From: a virus
Direction: 5' to 3' (one strand)
DNA: 64,000 bases
Virus record (IMG/VR): IMGVR_UViG_3300042288_001089
Location: 4,072-68,071 of that record
The position numbers were made by a program, and so were the translations under genes. A model generated the notes under the pieces. The model was not told the origin of the DNA. It did no database searches and saw nothing but the letters and a program-made list of their open reading frames with translations. Below are positions 1 through 10,773 of the stretch, piece by piece (the first letter of the stretch is position 1; each line of letters opens with the position of its first letter).

Positions 1-172
1 GGTACCCACGTTTGTGATGGAAGGAACCGCCCCAGATACAACATCACCTATCTGTATGGTAACAGCTGCTGCAGGTACAATATTCCAGACAGAACCGTTC
101 CACTCCCAAGTGTTGTTATTGAAAGTCGCCTGCTGGCCAATAGATGGATTGTCTGGGAAGTTTATAGCCATA

Positions 173-3064
173 TCAGTTATTTGCTACTATTATCCAATTA
201 GTTCCGTTAGACCTTACACGAACATACTTCCACTGAGCTGTCATGGTATAGGTAGCTGCTCCGTCGATTGTCTCTGCCCCCGAACCGTCAACGATAACTG
301 AGTTTGCAGCCACCACCTTCTTGATGGTGTACTCCTTGCCCTTTATCTTGGCAGCAGTCGGTAGGTTGATGGTCACGTTACCGGAAGTGCTGTCAACCTC
401 TACGGTGTCATCAAACGGTACCAGAGTGTAGTTGGCAGACTTTGATATCACGCCGTTAAGGAATGCAGGATCCTCAGCCCACTCAGCCTGACGTGTGTCA
501 GTCTGTGAAGCGGCGTCTATGTATCCTGACTTGGTGACGATGTAAGCCTTTGTTTCCCCATTCTCGCTCATGGTTATCCTTCCACCTTTCTGAACAAGCA
601 GATATCCCAAGTTAAGGATGTTGTAGCTTGAAGAGATGGAGGAGATATTCTTTATGTATCCGTTGTTACTGAAGTAAACTCCGGTAGCGGTAGTGTCAAA
701 GTTTGTACTGCAAGTAAACTGCTTGGTGGTATTGTTCCAAGAGTCTATCGAGAATGCCTCTATTCCGTCCGGAGATGTGACGTTGCCCACATTCTGGATG
801 AAGATATTGTCCTTGCCGGCGAAATAGTCAGGACGTCCGATGTCTATCCTTACATTGCTGATTACATTACTACCCGCTGTAACATCACCCAAGAAAGAGA
901 GGAACTGAAGTGTTCTATACACATATACCCTGTAGTTTCCGTCAGGCATTGAACCGGTTATGTAAGAAACCTTGAAGGTGCTTGCACCAATGTTCGTCAC
1001 AATACCAACACCGGCAATCGTAAGGTTGGTGTTATAGAACGCAACCACTGAAGGAGGTGTAGACCTGAGCCATGCAAGGCTAGAGGAAGGTGCAGTGATT
1101 GTAACCTCACGGTTTCCATCTGTAGAAACCGCAATAGAAACTGCAGACCCGCCATTCACCCTAAGATCCTGCAGGAAATAAGCTTGGTTTATGGAGCTCC
1201 TTGGACTGTGAGATATTTCTATACCACTTACAAGATTCCCTTCCTGCCGAATAATGTTCTTACCGTCAGCGTAGAAGTACCAGCCATTTTCAGGAAGTAC
1301 ACTCTGAGGGTTTAGTGCTCCAAGGTTTATCAGACCAGATCCAACATAGCAGTTGTCAAGCATCGTGTTCCCACGGTATCCAGTTTGTGACACTTCGAAT
1401 CCGTCAATCTGAATGGGGGGAACAGTAAACCTACACTTGTCAAATGCAAATCTTCCGTTGAATACTATCGGATGGTATATTCCATCTCCGGTGTAATATC
1501 TAAATAAGCAGTTTTTGAAACCACAAACACCTGTTGCCAGTATATCATAAGAAGCTGAAGCATATGTTCCACCTGCGGGATATACGAAATCAAATACACT
1601 GTCAGAGATAGAGCTACCCATGGTAAAGTTAATATCCCCAATCCTTCCAAGGGACTCTGCGTACACGCTAGAGATCTTCATCGGGAAGTACCCGGTCTCA
1701 GATCGAGAACAGAGGGTATGATTTTTACCAGCAATGTTAACATTCTCTATCACCCAGTGGCCAACCTGACTTACGGAAGGGTAAGAAGATGCGCCGTACT
1801 TATTGAACACAAGTATCGTGTGAGTGTCTCCCCAGCAGCTGAGGAAGGACGCACGGTTCATCTTCTCCTGATCCTGACACCCGGCGATACAACCCTTCAC
1901 ATTTGCAAACTGTATCCTGTTGAACTCAAGAAGCTCTGCGTTTTTGGTTGTTCCGTTCGGTGAGGTTATGATCCCTATAATAAAATTTGTTATTACACAC
2001 TCATCAACCACGATACCGGTCGATCCATTATCGGGATCAATTACAATTATAAGATCACCAGTGGATGGATCTATATCATCATTCCCACGATAATATGTTG
2101 AAAGGCTTACGCCATATGCGTCAGTTCCCTGATAACCACCATCTGATGGTATGGTTGTACTGCTGTGAGAAAAAGGATCTATCACAATACCCGCATACGG
2201 GCTGAATGGCTGGTTGCGGCATCCACTATCACTGTAATTTTCCCAAGAAGTTGAAAAAAATACATCATTTGAAAGGTCTGGAGGTGCGTATGCCCCCTCA
2301 ATTTTAAGATTCATTATCCTACACCCCTTACCCCTTTGTATGCCAAGAGCAAAAGAATTAGTAAACGTAGCCCTTATAGTTGACCCGCCATACGGACCCG
2401 CTGCCTCATAGAAAGATGTTTCTCCTATTAAGTTTACAGTATACGTTTGATAAAATGTCCCATTCCAGTTATGTGCTATAATTGGTTTTGCTATTACATA
2501 TATACCTTCAGGGAAATATACATTGTGAAGCTTTTGATAATTTCTTATCAGCGTGTCTATCGTTTTCTGAATAGGAACTTCATCGGTAGTTCCACTATTA
2601 CCATTATCGCCCTTTGCCCCAAACCACTTAACACTGAAATATCTATTTGAAACTCCTACAGGGTTTATTGTCATTGATGTTGAGAATATCTGCCTGTTGA
2701 ACTCAGCATCTATAACACAGCCATTGACAGTTCCAGACCCGATGAATGCTCCATTAGATCTGAACGTAAGCTTCTTCCCCTGACAGTTAAGTGTTCCAGA
2801 TATGGTAATGTTTCCATTATCTATCACAACCTCTGAAACTCCAGAGTTTAAAAATATTGTGTTCAGCCTATAGGTCATGTCCGAGCCCGGGAGTACACCC
2901 CCGAGCCGGGCAAGGTATGGTCCCTTGTCGTCCGCAATCCTCCACTTGTCAGTGCCGCTTGCAAAGACAAATACGTCATCAGCTGCAGTTCCGGAACTAA
3001 CCTGACGATAAAGACCGGAGCTGTCAAATGCGACCCCTAATGTTTGAGATGTATTGATTGCCAT
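173..3064 (-). CDS. Tail spike/fibre protein, pectin-lyase-like beta-helix (putative depolymerase)
   Basis: 963 aa; SVKWFGAKGD...IQKTID...VYFPEGIY beta-helix entry motif; C-terminal VTINLPTAA...IDGAATYTM fibre module; tail gene context. Confidence 0.75.
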   Translation of the reverse strand: MAINTSQTLGVAFDSSGLYRQVSSGTAADDVFVFASGTDKWRIADDKGPYLARLGGVLPGSDMTYRLNTIFLNSGVSEVVIDNGNITISGTLNCQGKKLTFRSNGAFIGSGTVNGCVIDAEFNRQIFSTSMTINPVGVSNRYFSVKWFGAKGDNGNSGTTDEVPIQKTIDTLIRNYQKLHNVYFPEGIYVIAKPIIAHNWNGTFYQTYTVNLIGETSFYEAAGPYGGSTIRATFTNSFALGIQRGKGCRIMNLKIEGAYAPPDLSNDVFFSTSWENYSDSGCRNQPFSPYAGIVIDPFSHSSTTIPSDGGYQGTDAYGVSLSTYYRGNDDIDPSTGDLIIVIDPDNGSTGIVVDECVITNFIIGIITSPNGTTKNAELLEFNRIQFANVKGCIAGCQDQEKMNRASFLSCWGDTHTILVFNKYGASSYPSVSQVGHWVIENVNIAGKNHTLCSRSETGYFPMKISSVYAESLGRIGDINFTMGSSISDSVFDFVYPAGGTYASASYDILATGVCGFKNCLFRYYTGDGIYHPIVFNGRFAFDKCRFTVPPIQIDGFEVSQTGYRGNTMLDNCYVGSGLINLGALNPQSVLPENGWYFYADGKNIIRQEGNLVSGIEISHSPRSSINQAYFLQDLRVNGGSAVSIAVSTDGNREVTITAPSSSLAWLRSTPPSVVAFYNTNLTIAGVGIVTNIGASTFKVSYITGSMPDGNYRVYVYRTLQFLSFLGDVTAGSNVISNVRIDIGRPDYFAGKDNIFIQNVGNVTSPDGIEAFSIDSWNNTTKQFTCSTNFDTTATGVYFSNNGYIKNISSISSSYNILNLGYLLVQKGGRITMSENGETKAYIVTKSGYIDAASQTDTRQAEWAEDPAFLNGVISKSANYTLVPFDDTVEVDSTSGNVTINLPTAAKIKGKEYTIKKVVAANSVIVDGSGAETIDGAATYTMTAQWKYVRVRSNGTNWIIVANN

Positions 3065-3067
3065 ATT

Positions 3068-3694
3068 TTATGAGAATAAAGTTCCACCTAATGTTGCACC
3101 GGTAGCAGCTCCTGTAGCAGACAACACACCACCGGTTAATGAAAGACCAGCACCTATCGTAAGTTCCTGAGGGGATCCGGAGCTTCCGGCTGAACGACCC
3201 AAGACCCTTGCGTCTGTCATGTTCTGCATCTTAGCATATGTGACAGCACCCGGATCGATAGACCAAGAGGCGCCGCCTCCTGAAACACTTATGTCCCCCT
3301 TGTCGCCATCTGTTACGCCACTAGACGTAGATGACAGAACGCCTCCAGAAAGAGAAAGTCCAGAACCTATGGTTATCTCCTGAGGAGAACCCGCTCCGGC
3401 CGCACTGCGACCAAGGAGCCTGCTGTTCGTGACATTCTGCATCTTGGCATAGGTAACACTTGCCGGGTCGATGGTCCACACGACCCCGCCACCAGAGACA
3501 GATATGTCACCCTTGTCTCCGTCCGATACACCACCGGCAGAGAAGAATGACAGCTGGGACCAAGTGCTGGTTCCGTTACCTATCTTTATACTCCCTGTGG
3601 TTTTGTCTATGCCGATCTCTCCATCGGCCAGTACCGGATTTGCTGTAGCCCACTCCGTAGATGTCCCACGGCGTAGTTGAATTATGTTAGGCAT
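3068..3694 (-). CDS. Tail fibre protein with two ~71-aa internal repeats
   Basis: Likely start [15 protein letters not shown] (common phage fibre N-terminal motif), overlapping the upstream stop; duplicated GV(S/T)[13 protein letters not shown]...VTYAKMQN unit. Confidence 0.7.
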   Translation of the reverse strand: MPNIIQLRRGTSTEWATANPVLADGEIGIDKTTGSIKIGNGTSTWSQLSFFSAGGVSDGDKGDISVSGGGVVWTIDPASVTYAKMQNVTNSRLLGRSAAGAGSPQEITIGSGLSLSGGVLSSTSSGVTDGDKGDISVSGGGASWSIDPGAVTYAKMQNMTDARVLGRSAGSSGSPQELTIGAGLSLTGGVLSATGAATGATLGGTLFS

Positions 3695-5096
3695 TTCCTG
3701 CGTCGATTTTTTGTATTTGTAGATAAACACTATTAGGCACACCACCATCAAAAGTGATGCCGTCAATAGTTTGAATAAGTCCAGAGTTTGCATCTTGTAC
3801 CCAAAAGTTATCGTAGTAAATATACGAAGTACCTGTAATACTGTTGTACCACTGAAGACCTATGTACGGGTTGGCCGGCGGAGTGTCAGAGACAATCGTC
3901 TTACCCGGCAGACCCTGAGCACCGGCAGGTCCGGTGGCACCGGTGTCACCCTTTATGGCCTTCTTCCCAGACAGAACAACAACACGGTACTGCCCATTGG
4001 ATGGTGCTGATGCGAAACTCACCTGAACAGTGTTGGCAGTCAATACCGCCACCTCTGCCAGAACCTGTATTCCAGAAGAAACCTCGTACACCTGAACAAC
4101 CACGCACACATCATTGAGGTTGTGGGTTACAACAAACGATAACAGCGAACCATTCCCTAGCGTTGTGCAGTAAGATATCTCGCCAGTAAAAGGATCAATC
4201 TCATACTGTGTAAAATCATAGGGCGGTATTGCAGCATTTGTGTGAACACAAGGTATAGTCTGGCCTGAATTAAGAACAAATAGTAAATCTTCATATACAT
4301 CTAAAACTCCCTGCTGACCTATCCCACCAACAAGAAGAAGGCGGAGCATGTCTACCAAATGCGTGAACAGGGTCTGAGCTTTCTCAAACTCAGGGAAGTC
4401 CCCATTGCATTCAATGTACAGGTTGCGAAATGTCTCAAGCTGCTGGACAAGATCACCTATCGGCTTCGGGGTACATGCATCTGCAGTCTCGGTTTTCGAC
4501 AAGGATTCCAGAACCGTAAGCCAAGAGTTCGTCTGGCTTGTGTATGTCAGCGTTGAGGTGAGGCTTATCGTATAAAGAGCATCGTAGTAGTTCTCGTTGA
4601 ATTCCAAGTTCAGTGATACCCCCGAACTGGAAAGATTACCGGTAGGAATACTAGAGCCAACCCAAGCCCTTATGGGAGTGGTGTTGTTGTATCCAGATAC
4701 TTGATAGTTTGTTCCATCACTGTATGAAAGTACAGGAGTGAAGATGTCAAAGTTCTTGACAAGGCTTAATGACACAGGACTGTACTGGAACGCAAACGTT
4801 CTGGTAAACTCTGTGGCAAAATATCCAGATGCGGTGACCGTAAACTTTATGACATAGTTCCCGCACTGTGGTCCACCTATACTGTCCGGGCTTAGATTGA
4901 ATTGAAACGTACCACCCGGTGAAGTTATGTCCGGAGTATCCAAACTACTTGACCTGACATATCCATCTGGCTGAGTAATCGTGAAAACGCCGATCATGCC
5001 AGAAGGTGCTCCGACAGTAGTGTCTGTCAGAATCATCTTTGGCGCACCGGTCAAGTCGAACCGGACGTTAAAAGACACATTACCGATCGATGGCAT
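3687..5096 (-). CDS. Virion structural protein with a short collagen-like segment
   Basis: 469 aa; [16 protein letters not shown] repeat; VTHNLN fibre motif. Confidence 0.6.
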   Translation of the reverse strand: MPSIGNVSFNVRFDLTGAPKMILTDTTVGAPSGMIGVFTITQPDGYVRSSSLDTPDITSPGGTFQFNLSPDSIGGPQCGNYVIKFTVTASGYFATEFTRTFAFQYSPVSLSLVKNFDIFTPVLSYSDGTNYQVSGYNNTTPIRAWVGSSIPTGNLSSSGVSLNLEFNENYYDALYTISLTSTLTYTSQTNSWLTVLESLSKTETADACTPKPIGDLVQQLETFRNLYIECNGDFPEFEKAQTLFTHLVDMLRLLLVGGIGQQGVLDVYEDLLFVLNSGQTIPCVHTNAAIPPYDFTQYEIDPFTGEISYCTTLGNGSLLSFVVTHNLNDVCVVVQVYEVSSGIQVLAEVAVLTANTVQVSFASAPSNGQYRVVVLSGKKAIKGDTGATGPAGAQGLPGKTIVSDTPPANPYIGLQWYNSITGTSYIYYDNFWVQDANSGLIQTIDGITFDGGVPNSVYLQIQKIDAGNA

Positions 5097-5100
5097 GTCA

Positions 5101-5108
5101 CAAATTTA
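5101..5108 (-). promoter_or_regulatory. Bacteroidota -7 promoter element TAAATTTG
   Basis: Matches TAnnTTTG; 4 nt upstream of the ATG at 5096 and just after a terminator. Confidence 0.55.
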
Positions 5109-5127
5109 GTCAATATTTATGACAGAT

Positions 5128-5158
5128 AAACAAATCCCCCGCCTAGAAAGGCAGGGGA
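5128..5158 (-). terminator. Intrinsic terminator
   Basis: TCCCCTGCCT-TTCT-AGGCGGGGGA hairpin followed by TTTGTTT on the minus strand. Confidence 0.7.
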
Positions 5159-5183
5159 GTTCAAACAACCAAACTAAGAGAGA

Positions 5184-6017
5184 CTATTTTTTAGACTTAG
5201 ACTGAATAGTCTGATATACCTTTTCTCCTTTGGCACTGCTAACGCAATACGCCAGCAGCTCTTCTACATTGTCACCTCCGGTTGTTCTTGATACGGTAAG
5301 GATAACCTCACCACCGGGCCAGCTGAACCTAGACTGCTCAGAGTCGAACAGGATAACACCCTTATTCAGAGCCCTATTAATTGTGGCCTTCATGACTGCC
5401 TGCTTGTTGTTGATGAGTTCCAAGAACTCTGCAGGCGCATTGTCCGCCATTGTTTCCAAATTGTTTCTCAGGATGTCGATCTTCTGAGTGTCGTCCTGAC
5501 CAAGTGCTGCAGTGTAGTTTCTTACATCTTCAGTGCTCAGGTCTGCGGCTGCATTCAATGCCTCCCTCTTCAGGTTCCTAGTCTTCCTCTCAACCTCTGA
5601 CTTCTTGGACTCATCGACCATCTCAAAGATCAGCTCCTTTGTTGTGTCCCTGTCAGGGTTTGACCCGTTGTGATTGCAGAGGGAAAGATAAGCGTGTATC
5701 TCCTGATCGGCACCACGACCACCGATGCATGTTATTGTTCCGGCGGACTGGATGGTAAAATAAAGATCATGGAACGTGTGGTTGCCTTCAGAGTCAACAG
5801 ACTTCACGGCAGCGATGTCCACATACTCCTCCGCCTTCTGGTCATAGATCTGATCCATGGGCGGCACCTGACGGACGGCAGGGTATGCCTTCTTGCCGGG
5901 ATCCATCGGGTGGTTTGGAAGATCGGTCAGCCTGTATACCACCTGCTCTCCAATCTTCAACTTTGTTTTTTCTACAATCTCTTTGGATAGGTTGTTAAAC
6001 CTTTCTGTTTTTCTCAT
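5184..6017 (-). CDS. Conserved head-module protein downstream of the major capsid gene
   Basis: 277 aa; position matches the crAss-like capsid gene neighbourhood. Confidence 0.55.
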   Translation of the reverse strand: MRKTERFNNLSKEIVEKTKLKIGEQVVYRLTDLPNHPMDPGKKAYPAVRQVPPMDQIYDQKAEEYVDIAAVKSVDSEGNHTFHDLYFTIQSAGTITCIGGRGADQEIHAYLSLCNHNGSNPDRDTTKELIFEMVDESKKSEVERKTRNLKREALNAAADLSTEDVRNYTAALGQDDTQKIDILRNNLETMADNAPAEFLELINNKQAVMKATINRALNKGVILFDSEQSRFSWPGGEVILTVSRTTGGDNVEELLAYCVSSAKGEKVYQTIQSKSKK

Positions 6018-6031
6018 CTTATTTGGGTTTT

Positions 6032-6062
6032 AAAAAAGGGGGGAGCGTTATTGCACCCCCCC
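6032..6062 (-). terminator. Intrinsic terminator after the major capsid gene
   Basis: GGGGGGGTGC-AATAAC-GCTCCCCCC hairpin plus T6 on the minus strand. Confidence 0.8.
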
Positions 6063-6080
6063 GTAAGAACATATTACAAT

Positions 6081-7388
6081 TTATTTCAATTTGAAACTCC
6101 ACTGGGCACCGAGAAGTTCCAGACCCTGAATTGATTCGTAGTGAATCTCAAGGACAGAACGCTCGTTGGTAGGCACAGGAGCCAGACCGCCGAGAAGGAT
6201 CTCACGATATTTGAAATCGGTTCCACCTTCTGCAAGGTAGCGAACCTGCATCATGTCGACCATCTGACCGTCAACGGTCTTGATCTTCGTTGCAGGAACA
6301 CCGTATGCAGCATCTTTGGCGTTGTAACCACCGGTGAAGTTGACGATGTTCTTGTGGTCAAGAATCGGCAGGTACTTCTTGTAGTAGGTGCGGCCATAGA
6401 TTTTGATGGTGTCGATTCCGAGCTCGATCTGCTTGCCGGAGATTTGGAACCTTGCACCCTGAGAGAGCAGAGCACTGTTACCGAGGTTATTGAACAGGTC
6501 ATCCCACAGGATGTTCTGAGCAGTACCTACGAACAGGAAGTACTCTTGAGGAGCACGGTTCTTATTCAGCAGCTGAGTCAGAGCCTTGATGTCAGCCAGA
6601 GCTACAGTACCAGAAGTCAACAGACTCAGGTCGCTACCCAGAGTGGTAACATACTGGTCAAGACCCATGGTGGTCTGTACGGGCTTGCTTTCAGCGTCAA
6701 CCAGAACCGGAGATGCGTCAGCAAACTTCGTGGTGCTCTTCTTGCCGAAGAACATGGCAGCAGAGATGTCAGAGCGGAACTTCAGAAGAGATTCGTGCTG
6801 GCCCTTGTACATGTAGAAAGGCTTGCCTTGGAATTCAACTTCCACCTTGGAGGCCTTCTGCACGTCAGTGATCTCGAACTTACCTTTGAAGATCTGGACT
6901 TGGTTGGAGTACTTCGTCACACCCCACCTCTTAGCGGCCGGAGAAAGAGAACCTTCGCCGTTTGCGTTAGAGAAGAAGGAGATCTTGTCAGCGGCAGTTA
7001 CAGTCAGGTTAGTTCCGTCAACGCTGTGAACGACAATGTTAGTCGTTGAAGCCTTGCTCTTAACCAGACCAACCTTACCGTTGGTGAAGAGAACCAGTTC
7101 GCCCGGCGTTACATAAGCGTAGGCGGTGGCGTCGATCGTTGCAGTTACAGCAGTAGTTCCAGAACCAGTTACAGCAGTAACGGTAGCGAGAACATACAGC
7201 TCTTCGTTTACGAAGTGATGGTACTCAGGAACAGAAGTAACGGTGCTACGACCGGTGAGTTCCATGATGTCAATGAAAGAGGATTCCTCGTTTGTGATAT
7301 CGAGTACCTTGTTCAGGATTTCCCTCTGATCGAGAAAGTCGATAGAGGAAACGTAGGTCTTATTAAGTTGACCAAGTGTTCCGGGCAT
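6081..7388 (-). CDS. Major capsid protein (HK97 fold, crAss-like)
   Basis: 435 aa; strong codon bias; NQVQIFK and TTMGL motifs; position after portal and scaffold; followed by a terminator. Confidence 0.8.
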   Translation of the reverse strand: MPGTLGQLNKTYVSSIDFLDQREILNKVLDITNEESSFIDIMELTGRSTVTSVPEYHHFVNEELYVLATVTAVTGSGTTAVTATIDATAYAYVTPGELVLFTNGKVGLVKSKASTTNIVVHSVDGTNLTVTAADKISFFSNANGEGSLSPAAKRWGVTKYSNQVQIFKGKFEITDVQKASKVEVEFQGKPFYMYKGQHESLLKFRSDISAAMFFGKKSTTKFADASPVLVDAESKPVQTTMGLDQYVTTLGSDLSLLTSGTVALADIKALTQLLNKNRAPQEYFLFVGTAQNILWDDLFNNLGNSALLSQGARFQISGKQIELGIDTIKIYGRTYYKKYLPILDHKNIVNFTGGYNAKDAAYGVPATKIKTVDGQMVDMMQVRYLAEGGTDFKYREILLGGLAPVPTNERSVLEIHYESIQGLELLGAQWSFKLK

Positions 7389-7404
7389 TGTGTTAGGTTT
7401 TTAA

Positions 7405-8361
7405 TTATTTCTGAATTCCCCTCGATGCAAACGCCTGAAGAAGACCTGACCTAAAATCGCCAGATGTTTCTGTAGGCACATCACCAGAGGAGGTATTACT
7501 AGGGTTTTTGATCTCCTTTGTAATCTCCTGACGTCCTAGGGTTTTTCCGTAGTTGATGAGTGAACGCTCAAACAGCTCCGGGTTCTGAGAATAAGCTGCG
7601 GTCTTATACCAACGCTCATAATTCAGTTCCCCATTTTCGTCAGCAAACTGACCAAAGAATCGATCGTTATCAAGAGTCATGTCCAACAGCGTATCCGCCT
7701 GAGGTATCTCGTAGTTGAACTCTCCGTCAGCAGTCTTGATAGAAAGCTTCTTGCTTTCCAGAAGATTCTTGGTGAGAGAATTACTACGAACACCCTCTTC
7801 GAACTTTTTCATAAGTTCAATGGCCTGTTCCTGATCATTTGAAGTTTCCGGTTCCGGGGCCGAAAAGTTCTTTTGCCAGTCCAAATACTTGGATCGGAGT
7901 TTGTTCGCCTCAGTCCTGAGCAGTTCTTTGCCCAAGCTTGAATCGTCCTCACCCCATTCATCGGCGTCGATCTTGAACCTGTCAATCACCTGCTGCTTGT
8001 AGAGCCTTTCGAAGGCACTATCACTCAGCTCACTGTACTGCTCACGGAGATCTCTTCTCATGATCTCCTCGTCAGACATCTTGGTGAAGTCGACAGTTTT
8101 AGCCTGCAGATATGGTGTCAGATCACCTGTCTTTTCATAGAACTCGACGGCTCCCTTTATGAAGTCGTCTTTAAAATTATATGTCTTCTCAACGTCTGCC
8201 GGTTTCTCAACTTGTTTCACCTCTTGAGGTGCTTCTGTTGGTGCCTCTGCTGGTGCTTTTACTGGTGTTTCTACTGGTGCCTCTGTTTGTGCAACCGGTT
8301 GTGCTTCTCCAGCAACTTTGAAGTCATCCAGACTCGCCGTTGAAAAATCAAATTCTGCCAT
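7405..8361 (-). CDS. Putative scaffolding protein
   Basis: 318 aa, acidic, E/P/A-rich N-terminus; between portal and capsid genes. Confidence 0.6.
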   Translation of the reverse strand: MAEFDFSTASLDDFKVAGEAQPVAQTEAPVETPVKAPAEAPTEAPQEVKQVEKPADVEKTYNFKDDFIKGAVEFYEKTGDLTPYLQAKTVDFTKMSDEEIMRRDLREQYSELSDSAFERLYKQQVIDRFKIDADEWGEDDSSLGKELLRTEANKLRSKYLDWQKNFSAPEPETSNDQEQAIELMKKFEEGVRSNSLTKNLLESKKLSIKTADGEFNYEIPQADTLLDMTLDNDRFFGQFADENGELNYERWYKTAAYSQNPELFERSLINYGKTLGRQEITKEIKNPSNTSSGDVPTETSGDFRSGLLQAFASRGIQK

Positions 8362-8398
8362 AGATTGGTTATTTTGTTACAAAGTTTGTTAAGAGTTT

Positions 8399-10765
8399 TT
8401 ACATAACCTGAGATTCAGGACCAAGTGGCTCTTCGGTCATGGGTTCCGGGGGGGTCATGGGTGGCTGTTCCGCAGGCAACGAGGGCTCATCTTCCTCAAA
8501 AATACCCTTGTTCAATTTTGCCACGCTCTTTTTACCCTTGTTCTCAACCTCCTTGGTGGTGACCTTACCTGTCTGCCTCATCTCTTCAAGCTGCAATTCG
8601 AACTGGTACTTCATCTCGAGAAGCTTTGCCTCCAGTTCTTTCTCAACCTGAATGAGTTGTGACTTCACCTGACCCTCCACCTGCATGGTCTGCTGCTTGG
8701 CCTGCTCTGAAGCCATGGCTGACTCCTGCTGAACCTGAGAGTTCATCTGCTGCATACGCATTGCCTTCTCCTCTTCCTCCTCCCTGCGCTTCTTTATTTT
8801 GTACGCCAGCAACTGCTGTGCCACCTTTAAGTTGTCGGTGTTCTGTATGATAATCCCATCTTCGATATCAAGCAATCCGTTTGCCTGAGAGCCCTGTACC
8901 TGCTGCATCAGGAGCATCCTCTGCTCATCTGTTGGTTTGTCCTCCAAGAAGATTCCAAACTCATGCAGTGACAGGTTGGGGGATACTTGGAAGAATCTCA
9001 TGGTGTTACCCCCGAGCGACCTCGCATAGCCCTCCACCTTCCCGGTAGATACAACATCCTGAAGCCTTATAATGATGGCGTTTGACACCGACTCGAGCAG
9101 CTTCTTCTCTCCGCTTATGATCCCGGAGAGAGAGTTGTTGGTACCCTCAGATGCAAGCTTTGCAACCGTTGTGAGAGTCCTTGGATCCGGTGTGGATCCG
9201 TCAGTCATCTCGTTCATGCCGGTTATATCCCTGAGCATCTGTATGTGATTCTGTATAAGCTGCCAGTAGCTTAGAGCATCCCTTCCAAGACCGTTCTCAA
9301 GTTCTTCTATTGGCTTGATGTTAGACGCCCTTCCCTGAGAGTCAAGCTTGCGATACACAAGTGTACCGGTCTTGTTGTACAGGTCAAGGACTTTTAGCGG
9401 AGTCATCTTTGTTCCCCCCGAACCGAGCGGGATGTCCTCCAGTGCGCCCATCTCAATCATGATACCCTTCGGCCTCGACTGGTTGATTACGTTCTGAAGG
9501 CGGTACCATGCTATCTGAATGGCGTCTGCAATGGGGATCAGTTGCTCCATCATACCATATGCCCTCATGTCCCAGAACTCAGGGGCATACAGGTGGTAGC
9601 TCATCTCTGTATCCATCAGGCTGGACTTTGCACGCTTCATGTCTGTGCAAAGACCGTAGTCATACATGTATGGAGTGTCAATTATCCACTTGCACTTGTA
9701 TACCACCTTGTAGGCCACCCGATCGAATTTTTCCTTTCTCTTATTGCGATCATCAAATTTTGCTCGGGCATATATAAGATTTCCCCTCCTGTCCACACGC
9801 TGCTCATATACCAGCTGATTAACGGAGAAGAATTCCAAGTCGAGTACACGAAGTCTGAATTTGTCATAGCCTTTGTTGTATACAGAAAGAGATGACGGCC
9901 ATTCCCTTGGGTTGCCAAACTTTCCTATTACGTTCTTTGCTATCTGCTCATACTCCTCTTCAGAGAACTGATTGCCGGCAGCCTGCTTCAGATCGGCGAT
10001 GGTTATCTCTACAACCTCACCAATATAGGCAGCGTCTCTGAAATCATTTGTCTTACAGTGGTTTATGATTATATTCCTAGGGTTTACGGTCCTGATCTTT
10101 ATGGCACCGTTCGAGTCTATTGACTCCTTATAGCCGGCGACCCCAAAGTCAAACAGATCCTCACGGATCTTCTCCCTCATCTTCTCGATCTGGTTCTGCT
10201 CAAGCACAAGCTTTATACCCTGCTCGGCTTCTATCGCCATGTGATGCTTGAAGGTGTACTTCATCTGCATCTCAAGCTCTTCCAGATCCCTTGCTTCCTG
10301 AGGACCCATTTGAAGAACCGGCGAGTCAAGAAGTTCCGGATTGATTTTTTTCGCCTCCTCCCTAAGAAGTATCTTGGCCTTTGCCTCGGCAAAATAGTTT
10401 TCGGTGTCATCGTTGGCCATGGCATCTATCGGAGTGGCTACAATATTGTAGTCAACCTTCGCCAGCTTTCCAAGGGCAATCCTCCTGAACTTTGGCACGA
10501 TCGGTATCACCGACCAGTCTATATTCAGCCAGCTCTCCTTTGTCTGCTCGTCAATACCCATGAGAGGCCTGTACTTGTTTATGCTCTGGTTTCCCATGGC
10601 ATACTGCTTGTTGACCTCGTACCGGAATCTTGAATGGTAGAATATTTCCCTAGGAGTGTCGTTCTCAAAGGATGACCAAGCAGCCTTTGCAAATTGCATG
10701 ATCCACTCCCTGTTCTTTTCCCTTGGATCCAGCAGGTGGCTGGGGAAGTCGTGTATTAATCCCAT
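8399..10765 (-). CDS. Portal protein (crAss-like)
   Basis: 788 aa; LNIDWSVIPIVPKF motif; C-terminal Q/E coiled coil; adjacent to terminase. Confidence 0.85.
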   Translation of the reverse strand: MGLIHDFPSHLLDPREKNREWIMQFAKAAWSSFENDTPREIFYHSRFRYEVNKQYAMGNQSINKYRPLMGIDEQTKESWLNIDWSVIPIVPKFRRIALGKLAKVDYNIVATPIDAMANDDTENYFAEAKAKILLREEAKKINPELLDSPVLQMGPQEARDLEELEMQMKYTFKHHMAIEAEQGIKLVLEQNQIEKMREKIREDLFDFGVAGYKESIDSNGAIKIRTVNPRNIIINHCKTNDFRDAAYIGEVVEITIADLKQAAGNQFSEEEYEQIAKNVIGKFGNPREWPSSLSVYNKGYDKFRLRVLDLEFFSVNQLVYEQRVDRRGNLIYARAKFDDRNKRKEKFDRVAYKVVYKCKWIIDTPYMYDYGLCTDMKRAKSSLMDTEMSYHLYAPEFWDMRAYGMMEQLIPIADAIQIAWYRLQNVINQSRPKGIMIEMGALEDIPLGSGGTKMTPLKVLDLYNKTGTLVYRKLDSQGRASNIKPIEELENGLGRDALSYWQLIQNHIQMLRDITGMNEMTDGSTPDPRTLTTVAKLASEGTNNSLSGIISGEKKLLESVSNAIIIRLQDVVSTGKVEGYARSLGGNTMRFFQVSPNLSLHEFGIFLEDKPTDEQRMLLMQQVQGSQANGLLDIEDGIIIQNTDNLKVAQQLLAYKIKKRREEEEEKAMRMQQMNSQVQQESAMASEQAKQQTMQVEGQVKSQLIQVEKELEAKLLEMKYQFELQLEEMRQTGKVTTKEVENKGKKSVAKLNKGIFEEDEPSLPAEQPPMTPPEPMTEEPLGPESQVM

Positions 10766-10773
10766 CTCGGAAT

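Noticed and set aside
173-5096. Diversity-generating retroelement targeting the fibre genes
   Set aside because: No reverse transcriptase and no adenine-specific template/variable repeat pair noticed; the repeats in the 3068-3694 gene are ordinary protein repeats.
6141-7049. Long antisense ORFs (also 29806-30597, 31978-32910, 41197-42105)
   Set aside because: They mirror well-supported genes on the opposite strand and show no motifs.
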